Shown here piece after piece: positions 14,917 to 23,147 of a DNA stretch of 40,019 nt (the stretch's first letter is position 1; every line of letters begins with the position of its first letter). The stretch covers positions 1 to 40,019 of the IMG/VR virus record IMGVR_UViG_3300034072_000784. One strand, 5' to 3'. The stretch comes from a virus. The translations under genes and the position numbers were made by a program. The notes beneath the pieces are model-generated. The model was not told the DNA's origin and searched no databases. It was given only the letters and a program-made list of their open reading frames with translations.

Positions 14917-15418
14917 ATTCCCGTTTCCTTTTCTGAGTTTTGCAAAGTGTCCCGCGCTCTGAATAAATTTCGTAGCGGCTGGCGCGCTCAGCCACTTCCG
15001 TTTCCAATTCCTGCAAGGCAAGGAACGCCTCCGCGAAAGGGCCGTAAAATTTCACAGCCCTATGCTTGCGGTCGTATTCCTTCTTCCATTCTTTATATTC
15101 AGGGCGGCGGCAGTATTCGACATGCTGGGGCATTCGTCTCCGCCTCGCCTCGCGTTCCTTTTCACGATCCGCCGTTCTCCGATAATAGGCAGCTTTTTTA
15201 GCTTTCAGCTTTTCGGCTTCACGTTCTCGATACATGCGGTCATATTCTGCTTTCTCGGCAACCTTTTGAGCTTTTGATTTTTCGATACGCCGATCAAGCC
15301 CAAAGCAAGTTCTATTGCAAAACAGCTTCATGCCTTTTGCGACCGACCTATTTACATGGCAAGCCTCTCGCATGATTTTGGTATTGCAATGAGAGCATTG
15401 GGCTTGAACCAAAGCCAT
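14894..15418 (-). CDS. Lys/Arg/Glu-rich protein with N-terminal zinc-ribbon-like Cys pairs
   Basis: It contains CSHC...(about 25)...CNRTC followed by a highly charged helical region. TAATG coupling to ssb. Confidence 0.65.
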   Translation of the reverse strand: MALVQAQCSHCNTKIMREACHVNRSVAKGMKLFCNRTCFGLDRRIEKSKAQKVAEKAEYDRMYREREAEKLKAKKAAYYRRTADREKEREARRRRMPQHVEYCRRPEYKEWKKEYDRKHRAVKFYGPFAEAFLALQELETEVAERASRYEIYSERGTLCKTQKRKREYEKAVGC

Positions 15419-15873
15419 TACCAGTTGCCCCCCATGGTGATGAACGGCACATCGTCGTCCAGATCGTTATCAAAGCCCGATCCACCGCCAAACGAATTAT
15501 CCATTGATCCGCCACCACGCGGCGCATTACCTCCACCAAATCCCGACTGGTTCTCATGGCGTGGCCCGTCATTGCGCTGGCCGGATGGCTTTGCAGGCAT
15601 AGTGAAGTCACTGGCGCGAATGTTTAGCTGCTGCTTGCCGTTATATTCGCCAATCTCCAACTCGCCCACAACTGTCACCTGAGAGCCTTTAAGGAGGTAG
15701 GGAGCGGCCCCGGAGCCTTTCTTTCCCCATACGCTAACCCGATACCAGTTAGTCACCTTCTTATCGCCCCAGCCCTGATCGACGGCCAGATTGAAGGAGG
15801 TTACGGTATTGCTCTGAACCTCACGGGTTTCAGCGTCGGCGGACAATCGACCTGCTACGGTAATTTGCTGCAT
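15418..15873 (-). CDS. ssb: single-stranded DNA-binding protein
   Basis: It has an OB-fold N-terminus (TNWYRVSVWGK...), a Gly-rich linker and an acidic tail (DDDVPF). Confidence 0.9.
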   Translation of the reverse strand: MQQITVAGRLSADAETREVQSNTVTSFNLAVDQGWGDKKVTNWYRVSVWGKKGSGAAPYLLKGSQVTVVGELEIGEYNGKQQLNIRASDFTMPAKPSGQRNDGPRHENQSGFGGGNAPRGGGSMDNSFGGGSGFDNDLDDDVPFITMGGNW

Positions 15874-15894
15874 GATATAAACTTTCCCTTATGT

Positions 15895-16551
15895 TCAGAA
15901 ATCGACGGCTTCAAAGCGACGATAGATAGCCCGAACCGTCTCAACGTCATCCCGGCAATATTGAGCTATCTTTTCATGCTCGCCAGCAAGCCACGCCGCC
16001 GCGACCATGGAGCCATCGAAATCACCCTTCCCGGCCAGCCCTAGAGCCTTGGCAAGACGATCCTGGCCGATAGTGCCGCGCGGCCCAGCCCATGCCGTCA
16101 TGGTGTCGAAAATGCCTTCTGCCCACGGCTTGATATCGCGCGGAATGCAGCGGGGAATAGGAACGCCAAGCACGATAGCGCGGCAAAGCAAAAAGCGAAG
16201 ATCGAAGGCAGCGACATTGTGCCCGATGACCTTGACCATGCCCATTTTTGGCAGGCAGTCAAAGAAGTTGGCAAGAATGGCCTTCTCAGCCTCTACATCC
16301 TTCGCGGATAGCGACAAAGCCTCACCATCACCGATAGCCCAGCCGATGCAGCAGATATGCCCATGCGCCGGGTCGAAGCTGGTTTTGGCCACCGCCTCCT
16401 CAACGGCAGCGTCCCCATTCTCAGCCAGCCATGCGGCGATGCTATCGGCTTTCTTGATATTGCCGGGAGGCTTTAGGTTGTGTCGTACAGCCTCGCGATA
16501 GGCCGGATCTTGGCATGGTATGGTCTCGATATCCAAAAACACGTTGTTCAT
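15895..16551 (-). CDS. DEDD-type 3'-5' exonuclease (RNase H-like fold)
   Basis: Exo motifs present: FLDIET, GHNVAAFDLRFL and YCRDDVETV. Confidence 0.8.
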   Translation of the reverse strand: MNNVFLDIETIPCQDPAYREAVRHNLKPPGNIKKADSIAAWLAENGDAAVEEAVAKTSFDPAHGHICCIGWAIGDGEALSLSAKDVEAEKAILANFFDCLPKMGMVKVIGHNVAAFDLRFLLCRAIVLGVPIPRCIPRDIKPWAEGIFDTMTAWAGPRGTIGQDRLAKALGLAGKGDFDGSMVAAAWLAGEHEKIAQYCRDDVETVRAIYRRFEAVDF

Positions 16552-16561
16552 TATTCCCTCC

Positions 16562-17185
16562 TCAGTACGGAACCTGATCGTTCAATTCTTCCTCGCTGGC
16601 CGCGATGGTATTAGGCCTCTTCCGCAGCACAGACATGGCATCAGCGAATTGACTGGCAGACAGTTCGGCTACCGCCTTGACTGCATACCCCTTGCAGATG
16701 GCTTGCGGATCAGTACCCGTCCGATCAATCTCAGCCTGAATTTTGGCAAGCTGATCCTTGTTGATGGTGACGGACTTTCGCTGCTCATCGGCTTTCGGCG
16801 GATTGGCAGTCGCCGCATTACCATCGTCATCCTCCGGGCAAATCCCGAAAGCCGTCATCAGCGAATATCGGCGAGCATACGTCAATGCGCTGCCATAACC
16901 CTGCGCATCCTGCTTGCTGGCCGGGACAAACAGCTTGCCAAACGACATACTCTCGCCGCCTGAGTGATGCACGACCGTTTCAACGCACACACCGCCCGAT
17001 TGCTCATGGGTGATTTGCGCGAAGAAAAGTCCGTTCTCTACCAGAGCGGGCTTGATCGCGCTGGCCACGCTTTCGAGGTCAGCGTAACGTGATTTGAAAT
17101 GCGGGTTGCTGCTATCCTTCTTAGCGCCCTCCATGGCAGCGAACGCCTTGGCCATTGCAGGATATAGCCCTGTTTGGGTTGTCAT
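16562..17185 (-). CDS. erf: ERF-family single-strand annealing protein
   Basis: It contains NPHFKSRYADLESV and GSALTYARRYSL, which are ERF hallmarks. SD is AAGGAGGAAGT. Confidence 0.85.
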   Translation of the reverse strand: MTTQTGLYPAMAKAFAAMEGAKKDSSNPHFKSRYADLESVASAIKPALVENGLFFAQITHEQSGGVCVETVVHHSGGESMSFGKLFVPASKQDAQGYGSALTYARRYSLMTAFGICPEDDDGNAATANPPKADEQRKSVTINKDQLAKIQAEIDRTGTDPQAICKGYAVKAVAELSASQFADAMSVLRKRPNTIAASEEELNDQVPY

Positions 17186-17487
17186 ACTTCCTCCTTACCT
17201 AATGCTTTTGCGATGGCTTCCCGAATGAGTGGAAGAGAACCGCTGTCCGGCCTTGCCGACTTAATGACGAACTGCGCAGCGAGCAGAGCCTCGAGCAAAT
17301 CCGGCGCGGCGGCGATTAGATGGGCGTTTCGTAACTGCTTAAGAGCCGCTGTCATGGTCAATTCCTGGCCAATCGTAAGGCCTACAACAACTTCATCAAC
17401 CTTCATCCCATCGGGCCGCATCGGGCCGATCCAGAGCATTTCGCGGGTTTGTTCAATGCCCCACGATTTCAGCGTAAAATCGCTCAT
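17182..17487 (-). CDS. hypothetical protein (101 aa)
   Basis: Strong SD AGGAGGAAGT directly upstream of ATG 17487, and ATGA coupling to erf. The longer track ORF (to 17760) only adds the alternative Ala-Thr repeat frame. Confidence 0.7.
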   Translation of the reverse strand: MSDFTLKSWGIEQTREMLWIGPMRPDGMKVDEVVVGLTIGQELTMTAALKQLRNAHLIAAAPDLLEALLAAQFVIKSARPDSGSLPLIREAIAKALGKEEV

Positions 17488-17521
17488 ACTTCCTCCTATT
17501 GAATGACAAATATAATCCTCG

Positions 17522-17537
17522 CGGGGCGTTAGCCCCG
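17522..17537 (-). promoter_or_regulatory. GC hairpin between the Gly-Tyr ORF and the next gene
   Basis: CGGGGC-gtta-GCCCCG, 5 nt after the TAA of the Gly-Tyr ORF. On the minus strand it is followed by an A/U-rich stretch. Confidence 0.4.
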
Positions 17538-17542
17538 TCCGG

Positions 17543-17776
17543 TTATACTTGCTCGCCGTAGCCGGAGCCGTCGCCGTAGCCGTAGCCGTAGCCGTAGCCG
17601 GAGCCGTAGCCGTAGCCGTAGCCGTCGCCGTAGCCGGCTCCGGAGCCGTAGCCGTAGCCGTAGCCGGAGCCGTAGCCGTAGCCGTAGCCGTCGCCGTAGC
17701 CGTAGCCGTAGCCGGATCCGTAGCCGTAGCCGGAAACTCCAAACTCCTGACTGCTACCATATAGCAGCGCCGCCAT
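17543..17776 (-). CDS. Gly-Tyr dipeptide-repeat microprotein (77 aa)
   Basis: ATG lies 2 nt after the upstream stop, with its own TAA followed by a hairpin and the next gene's SD. Codons are GGC/TAC (GC3-rich), unlike the alternative frames. By my count it has 32 Gly and 21 Tyr. Confidence 0.55.
   Translation of the reverse strand: MAALLYGSSQEFGVSGYGYGSGYGYGYGDGYGYGYGSGYGYGYGSGAGYGDGYGYGYGSGYGYGYGYGDGSGYGEQV
17555..17733. repeat. hexanucleotide tandem repeat (about 30 units of GCCGTA on the + strand)
   Basis: Read directly. Interspersed GCCGGA, GCCGTC and GGCTCC variants keep the 6-nt register. Confidence 0.9.
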
Positions 17777-17777
17777 G

Positions 17778-18158
17778 TTATCGGCCCTGAACCTTGGCGC
17801 TAGACCAAGCCTTTACTGCCGCAGGATCGACGCTGAATATCGCAGTAACACCCTCAAGCGAAAGCGACGGAGCGGTTGCGCTGATTTTGCAATCCTTCGT
17901 CGGCCCCTTCTCAGCAAGGCCGAATACGCCGCCAACATCAGCCGACCAGTACAGGCACATGCGAGCATCAGTCAGTTTGATCGGGCGCGCTTCGACATTG
18001 TTGGTATAGCCAAACACCACGCCGCGCTTATCGGTACATACAACGACCGGAACAGCTTCGTGTTCGTCAGATACTGCATGGGCTGGAACCGCCTGAACGC
18101 CGCCAAACATGGCGGCGATTTGCTTCAACTGGCCGTAAGTGAGATTGTCGATTTCCAT
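17778..18158 (-). CDS. hypothetical protein, first gene of the leftward operon (126 aa)
   Basis: AAGGAGGAAGAAA precedes ATG 18158. The longer track ORF start (18212) lies in the promoter region. Confidence 0.7.
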   Translation of the reverse strand: MEIDNLTYGQLKQIAAMFGGVQAVPAHAVSDEHEAVPVVVCTDKRGVVFGYTNNVEARPIKLTDARMCLYWSADVGGVFGLAEKGPTKDCKISATAPSLSLEGVTAIFSVDPAAVKAWSSAKVQGR

Positions 18159-18184
18159 TTTCTTCCTCCTTGGTTGGTGACGCC

Positions 18185-18212
18185 AGCATAGCGATAAAAA
18201 AGCGTTGCGCAA
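18185..18212 (-). promoter_or_regulatory. candidate leftward early promoter
   Basis: On the minus strand: TTGCGC-N16-TATGCT. The -35 lies in the palindrome TTGCGCAA. Confidence 0.4.
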
Positions 18213-18253
18213 GCCATTTTGTTTCGATACGTATGAAGCAACAAGGAGGACGT

Positions 18254-18712
18254 ATGACGGAAGCCCAATACAAGATTTTGCAGCTACTCCGCGAAAGTGG
18301 AAGTGTGACGCCGACTTATCGTGAAATGGCGAACCATCTGGAATGGAAGTCGCACGGAGGCATTAAGGCTGTGATAGATGCCTTGGTAGACCGCGGTTAT
18401 GTCAAGCGTATCAATGGCAAGGCTCGCGGCCTCCGTGTCATCAAAGAAAAGTTACCATGGCTTCCGATTGAAACCGCGCCGAAGGATGGCAGTGAATTTC
18501 TTAGCTATGGTGGACCTGACAATGTGAAAGGAAAAGTGCAGCCGACGCGGTGGCTGTCGCCTGGGCCATACACGACGGAAAACGGGAAAAATTCAGAAGG
18601 ACAGCGCAGATATCAGTATCCAGATGGTTTTTATTGGGCTGGGTATGATGGGTTTGTCGGCCCTGTCCGCCCCACTAAGTGGATGCCTTTGCCGGATGCC
18701 CCCAGTGATTAA
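18254..18712 (+). CDS. LexA-type winged-helix DNA-binding domain fused to DUF551-like domain (no S24 peptidase domain)
   Basis: AAGGAGG SD. The N-terminus (LTEAQYKILQLLRESGSVTPTYREMANHL...ALVDRGYVKR..ARGLRV) resembles the LexA DBD. The C-terminus carries ETAPKDG...TKWMPLPDAP. Confidence 0.75.
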   Translation: MTEAQYKILQLLRESGSVTPTYREMANHLEWKSHGGIKAVIDALVDRGYVKRINGKARGLRVIKEKLPWLPIETAPKDGSEFLSYGGPDNVKGKVQPTRWLSPGPYTTENGKNSEGQRRYQYPDGFYWAGYDGFVGPVRPTKWMPLPDAPSD

Positions 18713-19061
18713 CATCACCCTGCCATATCCGCCCAGCGAACTGCGCCCCAACAAATCGCGCACTCGTTACTGGCGTAAGAACGCTGACACGGCCCGCGCT
18801 TTCAAGGCGCTGTGCCAAGTCGAGTTACGCGCTCAGGGTGTCGGCAAGGTTGATGCAGCCCGCCTGCATATATCGCTGACCTACTGCGCCAAGGATCGTT
18901 CGCGCAGGGATTTGGATGCCGACCTAGCGGCCAGCAAGGCAATGATTGATGCCTTGTCCGATGCACTTGGCGTTGATGACCAACATTTCAGCTACAGTTT
19001 GTTTCGCGGCCAGCCGGTAAAGGGTGGAGCCGTTAACGTGGTTATTACGGAGGAAGGATGA
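18696..19061 (+). CDS. rusA: RusA-like Holliday junction resolvase
   Basis: It contains RRDLDADLAASKAMIDALSDALGVDDQHF, the RusA Asp-rich catalytic pattern. Start is ATG 18696 or GTG 18705. Confidence 0.75.
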   Translation: MPPVINITLPYPPSELRPNKSRTRYWRKNADTARAFKALCQVELRAQGVGKVDAARLHISLTYCAKDRSRRDLDADLAASKAMIDALSDALGVDDQHFSYSLFRGQPVKGGAVNVVITEEG

Positions 19062-19474
19062 TGAGCCAAGTAAATCGCTATCTCGAAGACAAGGCAATGG
19101 ATCACATGGACCATGCGCTTGGCCGCCCGGTCGATCCTCGCGCTGAAACGTACCGCAATTACTTCTACGTGATTGGCGAAACCGATCTGCGCCGCGAGTT
19201 GGCATCGTCCCCGTATTGGCAGAGCAATGGGAAGACCAGAGAGGGGGAGTATTTCTCAGTCACTGCGGAAGGTCGTGAGGCGCTGGCTTCACACCTCAAG
19301 GCCATAGGTGACAGGCATAAACGCTGGGTCGTTTCATATGCTGGCTACCAGATGGAGGTTGTCGCTATATCGCGGGCCAAAGCGCGCTATTCCAAGTGGC
19401 TGGAAATCAGCGATGTCAATGATAGCCTGACGTTTGGTGAGTTTCAGCGAAAAAGCAAAGTGAGGTTGGTATGA
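19058..19474 (+). CDS. hypothetical protein (138 aa)
   Basis: ATGA-type overlap with the rusA stop. Confidence 0.65.
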   Translation: MMSQVNRYLEDKAMDHMDHALGRPVDPRAETYRNYFYVIGETDLRRELASSPYWQSNGKTREGEYFSVTAEGREALASHLKAIGDRHKRWVVSYAGYQMEVVAISRAKARYSKWLEISDVNDSLTFGEFQRKSKVRLV

Positions 19475-19599
19475 CCCCCCTACCAACAAGGCGCTCACAT
19501 GCGCAGTCTAGGCTACACAATCGATATATGTCCCTACCCTTTTGGAACGACAGCCAGGGTTGGGTGGATCAATGGATATGTGAACGGAGGAAGGTATGA
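19471..19599 (+). CDS. hypothetical 42-aa protein
   Basis: ATGA overlaps at both ends. A competing 37-aa ORF exists at 19499..19612 in another frame. Confidence 0.3.
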   Translation: MTPLPTRRSHAQSRLHNRYMSLPFWNDSQGWVDQWICERRKV

Positions 19600-19868
19600 A
19601 GCGAACAATTGAAATTGATGTTCCGATCACACCTCGCGAGCTAGCTGAAGCCTTTTGCGACATGATGGCAGATGAGCAGGAGCAGTTTCTTGCGCAGGTT
19701 TATGACATTGCGAAAACATGGCCCGGTGCCGGTTGGTGCCGACAGTCATGCAGTATCGTCCAATGCGCCACCCCATATGCCATAGAAACCATCCGCACAC
19801 TCGCCAGCCACCTTCCCAAAGAGGATGTGGAATGGATCGTAGCAGCGTCACAGGATGGCTCGTCATGA
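19596..19868 (+). CDS. hypothetical protein (90 aa)
   Basis: GGAGGAAGG SD lies upstream of the ATG. Confidence 0.7.
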   Translation: MKRTIEIDVPITPRELAEAFCDMMADEQEQFLAQVYDIAKTWPGAGWCRQSCSIVQCATPYAIETIRTLASHLPKEDVEWIVAASQDGSS

Positions 19869-20032
19869 CCACCCATGACAGCCTTTTAAAGGTGATAAGC
19901 TATACCATAGCCAACGCCTCCCCAAAGGCAGAGCAGAAGAAAGTGATAATCTTCTGCCAGGAAGCGGGTTTGCTTACCCTGACGGAGATGCACCGGCTGA
20001 TACGGGCTTATGGGCTGTCCGGTATTGCCTAG
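19865..20032 (+). CDS. hypothetical 55-aa protein
   Basis: ATGA overlap. It uses an internal ATG of the track ORF 19718..20032. Confidence 0.5.
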   Translation: MTTHDSLLKVISYTIANASPKAEQKKVIIFCQEAGLLTLTEMHRLIRAYGLSGIA

Positions 20033-20053
20033 CCGGATAATGTAGGGTATCTG

Positions 20054-20100
20054 GGGCGGGCGGGGATCGCGACTTCCACGAAGCGACCACCCGCCCTTTA
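20054..20100 (+). terminator. candidate terminator/attenuator hairpin
   Basis: GGGCGGG...CCCGCCC outer stem with an inner TCGC/GCGA stem, followed by TTTAT. Confidence 0.3.
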
Positions 20101-20174
20101 TCAACGCCTGAGAAGGAGGCGACTGACTTGTTTGTAATACCCAAATGCCGTCTTTTGTTCAAGGCCATTTTGGC

Positions 20175-20618
20175 ATGAGCAAGAAGCCATCGCACATTCC
20201 GCTTTTCCCAGATGCGTATCATCGTGACACCACGCACCTCACCACCGAGGAGCATGGCGCATATCTTTTGCTGCTTATGGCTGCATGGGGAAATGATGAC
20301 TGCTCTCTACCATCAGACGAGAAGCGACTGGCGGCTTTAGCAAAAATGCCGGTTCAGAAATGGAAGAAGATAGCACCCACCATACTTGAGTTCTGGAAGC
20401 TTGAAAACGGACGACTTACACAAGGCCGTTTGCTCAAAGAATGGTCCTATGTGAATGCCAGAAGGTCTAAGCGAAAAGAGGCCGCCGAAGCCCGCTGGGA
20501 CCGATCCAAATGCAATGCAAATGGATATGCAAATGGAATGCACCTTGGTGGAGGTGGAGGTGGAGGTGTTTCTAGCCGAGGTATAAACATTGATGATATA
20601 GGAGGCAGTGAGTTTTAA
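20175..20618 (+). CDS. DUF1376 (YdaU-like) replication-associated protein
   Basis: It contains FPDAYHRDTTHLTTEEHGAYLLLLMAAW, the DUF1376 N-terminal pattern. ATG 20145 is an alternative start. Confidence 0.75.
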   Translation: MSKKPSHIPLFPDAYHRDTTHLTTEEHGAYLLLLMAAWGNDDCSLPSDEKRLAALAKMPVQKWKKIAPTILEFWKLENGRLTQGRLLKEWSYVNARRSKRKEAAEARWDRSKCNANGYANGMHLGGGGGGGVSSRGINIDDIGGSEF

Positions 20619-20619
20619 C

Positions 20620-22110
20620 ATGCACGGCACCATGACAAAGACGCTGCGCCCGCATCAGGTGCGCGCCATCGAGATGCTCCGCAATTCCATTCGCGGCAAG
20701 AAAAGGCGGCCAGTCCTGAAACTGCCGACCGGCGCAGGGAAAACCCTCATTGCGACAAAGATCATTGCTAACGCCCGCGAGCGTGGCAACAGGGTCTTGT
20801 TCATCGTGGACGCCATCGAACTGATCGACCAGACGGTTAACGCATTTTACGGCGAAGGGCTTTCGGGCATCGGCGTAATTCAGGCAAACCACCAGATGAC
20901 GGATTATTCCCGCCCCATTCAGATCGCATCAGTCCAGACGCTGGCTCGTCGCAAGCCGCCAGAATTTGACATGGCGATAGTTGACGAATGCCACGCGCAA
21001 TACGCTGCCATTCGCGAACTGATGGACCAAAACCCCGGAAAGATTTTTATCGGGCTGTCCGCGACGCCATGGAGCAAGGGTCTTGGCCTGCTGTATGATG
21101 ATCTGATTGAACCGGCCACAATCCGCGATCTTACCGAGTTGGGCTATGTCGCAAAGCTGCAAGCCTATGCGCCGTCGCATCCCGACCTGACTGGGGTGAA
21201 GGTTCGGGCTGGCGAGTATCAGGAGGAGCAGCTTTCAAAGGTCATGCGCGGCGAAAAGCTGGTGGCCGATATCGTGGAGACATGGAAGCGGCTTGGTGAC
21301 AACCGGCCAACATTTTGCTTCTGCGTTGACCGCGCCCATGCTGCGGCCATGCAAGAGCGGTTTCAGCGGGAGTGGATCGGTTGCGGCTACATCGACGGAA
21401 TGACGGAGGCCCGCGAGCGTAAGGCGATCAAGGCCCAGCTTGACGCCGGAGAAATTCAGATCGTTGTTTCGGTTGGGACGATGATCAAGGGCGTTGACTG
21501 GAAAATCGGGACCATCATCGACGCACAGCCGACGAAAAGCCCGATGCGTCATGTCCAGAAGCTGGGACGGCTGCGCCCTTTCCCTGAGTGGGAGTATGCG
21601 CTGGTCCTCGACCATAGCGACAACATCCTTCGCTTGGGCCTGCCTATCGACATTCACCGCGATACGCTCTGCACGAAAAAGAAGGGCGAAAAGGGCGATG
21701 CCGAGGCGATGATGACCAAGCAGCCAACGGGATGCCCAGCCTGCGGTCAGGTCAGGTCTGATCGATCCAAGGCTTGCCCATGCGGTTTTGTGCCAAAGGT
21801 GCAAGGCGCGGATATTGAGGAGGGAGCGGGTTCCCTTGCGCTGGTGAATGGTGACAAGGCTGGCCCCAAAAAGCAGAAGGCCACGCCAGCGGAAAAGGCG
21901 CAATTCTTCGCCGAAATGCTGGGATATGCCAAGGAGAAGGGAAAGAAGGATAGCTACGCGCTCGCCGTGTTTCGCGAGAGGTATCAGGAATGGCCGCACA
22001 AGAAAAACGGGGTTCAGCCCGTAGAGCCGAGCATTGAAACCCGGATGTATATCCAGGCAAAGAATATAAGATGGAGCAAGGGAAAGGGGCGAAGCGATGC
22101 AAAGCGCTAA
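20620..22110 (+). CDS. superfamily-2 DEAD/DEAH-box helicase with C-terminal zinc ribbon
   Basis: It contains PTGAGKT (Walker A), VDECH (Walker B), LSATPW, QKLGRLRP and CPACG...CPCG. GTG 20608 is an alternative start. Confidence 0.85.
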   Translation: MHGTMTKTLRPHQVRAIEMLRNSIRGKKRRPVLKLPTGAGKTLIATKIIANARERGNRVLFIVDAIELIDQTVNAFYGEGLSGIGVIQANHQMTDYSRPIQIASVQTLARRKPPEFDMAIVDECHAQYAAIRELMDQNPGKIFIGLSATPWSKGLGLLYDDLIEPATIRDLTELGYVAKLQAYAPSHPDLTGVKVRAGEYQEEQLSKVMRGEKLVADIVETWKRLGDNRPTFCFCVDRAHAAAMQERFQREWIGCGYIDGMTEARERKAIKAQLDAGEIQIVVSVGTMIKGVDWKIGTIIDAQPTKSPMRHVQKLGRLRPFPEWEYALVLDHSDNILRLGLPIDIHRDTLCTKKKGEKGDAEAMMTKQPTGCPACGQVRSDRSKACPCGFVPKVQGADIEEGAGSLALVNGDKAGPKKQKATPAEKAQFFAEMLGYAKEKGKKDSYALAVFRERYQEWPHKKNGVQPVEPSIETRMYIQAKNIRWSKGKGRSDAKR

Positions 22111-23008
22111 GGAGATTTGCCGGGGCAAGTGGCATTCTATCCTGCCGCAATGCGGCGTCTCGCCCAAATTCCTCACCGGCAAGCAGACCCCTTGCCCATC
22201 GTGCGAAGGGAAAACACGCTTCCGCTTCGATGATCAGGAGGGGCGTGGAACGTGGTTCTGCAACAAGTGCGGGGCAGGCGATGGGTTCATGCTCATTTCA
22301 CTTGTGAAGGGCATCCCCAATCGCGAGGCGGTCAAGGCGGCGGTTCAATTGGCCGGTGAAGCGGAATTTCGCAAGCCGCGTCAATTGATGGATCAGGAGG
22401 AGGCTCATCGCAAAATGCGTGAGGTTTGGTCCATGAGCCGACCAATAACTCCCGAAGATGACGCTGGGCGCTATTTGAGGCACCGTAGGACGCCGATACC
22501 GACCTGTGATAGCCTTAGGTACGTCCCGATGCTTTCGGTGTCTGGTGAGGCTGTGAGAGGCTTTCCGGCCATGGTGGCAAGGGTGAGGGATAGCCGGGGT
22601 GCATCGTGCAACATACACCGGACATATTTGCTCGACGGAAAAAAGGCTCCAATCCAATCTCCGCGCAAGCTAATGGCTACCGGAAACGCTCCTAAGGCAG
22701 AGGGGTGTCGCATTGAGTTATTCGACGCAGCGGAGGAGATGGGTATCGCCGAGGGGATCGAGACGGCGCTAAGGGCGGCTGATATTTTTGGGCTTCCTGT
22801 CTGGTCGGCCATCAGTAGCGGGCACCTTGAGCAATTCCAGCCTCCAGCGATCGTGAGAAGACTGCATATTTTTGGCGATGCGGATTTGAAATTCGGCGGG
22901 CAGAAATCCGCTTACGCCTTGGCCCACCGGCTAGCCTGCGCGAAGAACCCGATAGGTATTGAGGTCCATATCCCTGACACGCTTGGCACGGATTGGGGCG
23001 ACCAATGA
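22097..23008 (+). CDS. DNA primase (zinc-ribbon + Toprim)
   Basis: It contains GKWHSILPQCGV...CPSCEGKTRFRFDD...FCNKCG, then IAEGIETAL...IFGDAD, a Toprim-like acidic motif. Confidence 0.8.
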   Translation: MQSAKEICRGKWHSILPQCGVSPKFLTGKQTPCPSCEGKTRFRFDDQEGRGTWFCNKCGAGDGFMLISLVKGIPNREAVKAAVQLAGEAEFRKPRQLMDQEEAHRKMREVWSMSRPITPEDDAGRYLRHRRTPIPTCDSLRYVPMLSVSGEAVRGFPAMVARVRDSRGASCNIHRTYLLDGKKAPIQSPRKLMATGNAPKAEGCRIELFDAAEEMGIAEGIETALRAADIFGLPVWSAISSGHLEQFQPPAIVRRLHIFGDADLKFGGQKSAYALAHRLACAKNPIGIEVHIPDTLGTDWGDQ

Positions 23009-23145
23009 TCCACGCGCCACTAACCGAATATATCCTCTACCTCCTGAAAGAACCCCGCACCCGCTCTGACGCAGGACAGGAGGCAAGGAGGCTAGGCGTC
23101 CGACTTGATTGGGCCGAAGAATATTGGCGGACCATGCGGAAATAG
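23005..23145 (+). CDS. hypothetical 46-aa wHTH-like protein
   Basis: ATGA overlap with the primase stop. Peptide: EYILYLLKEPRTRSDAGQEARRLGV. Confidence 0.45.
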   Translation: MIHAPLTEYILYLLKEPRTRSDAGQEARRLGVRLDWAEEYWRTMRK

Positions 23146-23147
23146 GG

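Noticed and set aside
11183-17733. Possibility that the two tandem-repeat tracts are CRISPR arrays or replication iterons
   Set aside because: The units (21 bp and 6 bp) are contiguous with no spacers. They keep a reading frame and lie inside ORFs. There are no cas genes and no AT-rich unwinding region next to them.
17182-17764. Alternative readings of the hexanucleotide array: a 192-aa Ala-Thr-repeat N-terminal extension of the downstream gene, and a plus-strand (Ala-Val)n ORF
   Set aside because: The downstream gene has its own strong SD (AGGAGGAAGT) at ATG 17487, and a hairpin separates it from the array. The Ala-Thr frame uses GCT/ACG codons and its ATG 17760 has no SD. These frames are not fully excluded, so the Gly-Tyr call carries only moderate confidence.
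21235-22182. 315-aa minus-strand ORF. The same applies to the minus-strand ORFs 1020..1706, 28166..28759, 29105..29734, 23515..24060 and 26170..26721.
   Set aside because: All are antisense to genes with strong motif support (helicase, ejection protein, portal, early genes, terL). They lack ribosome-binding sites and recognisable motifs, so they are shadow ORFs.
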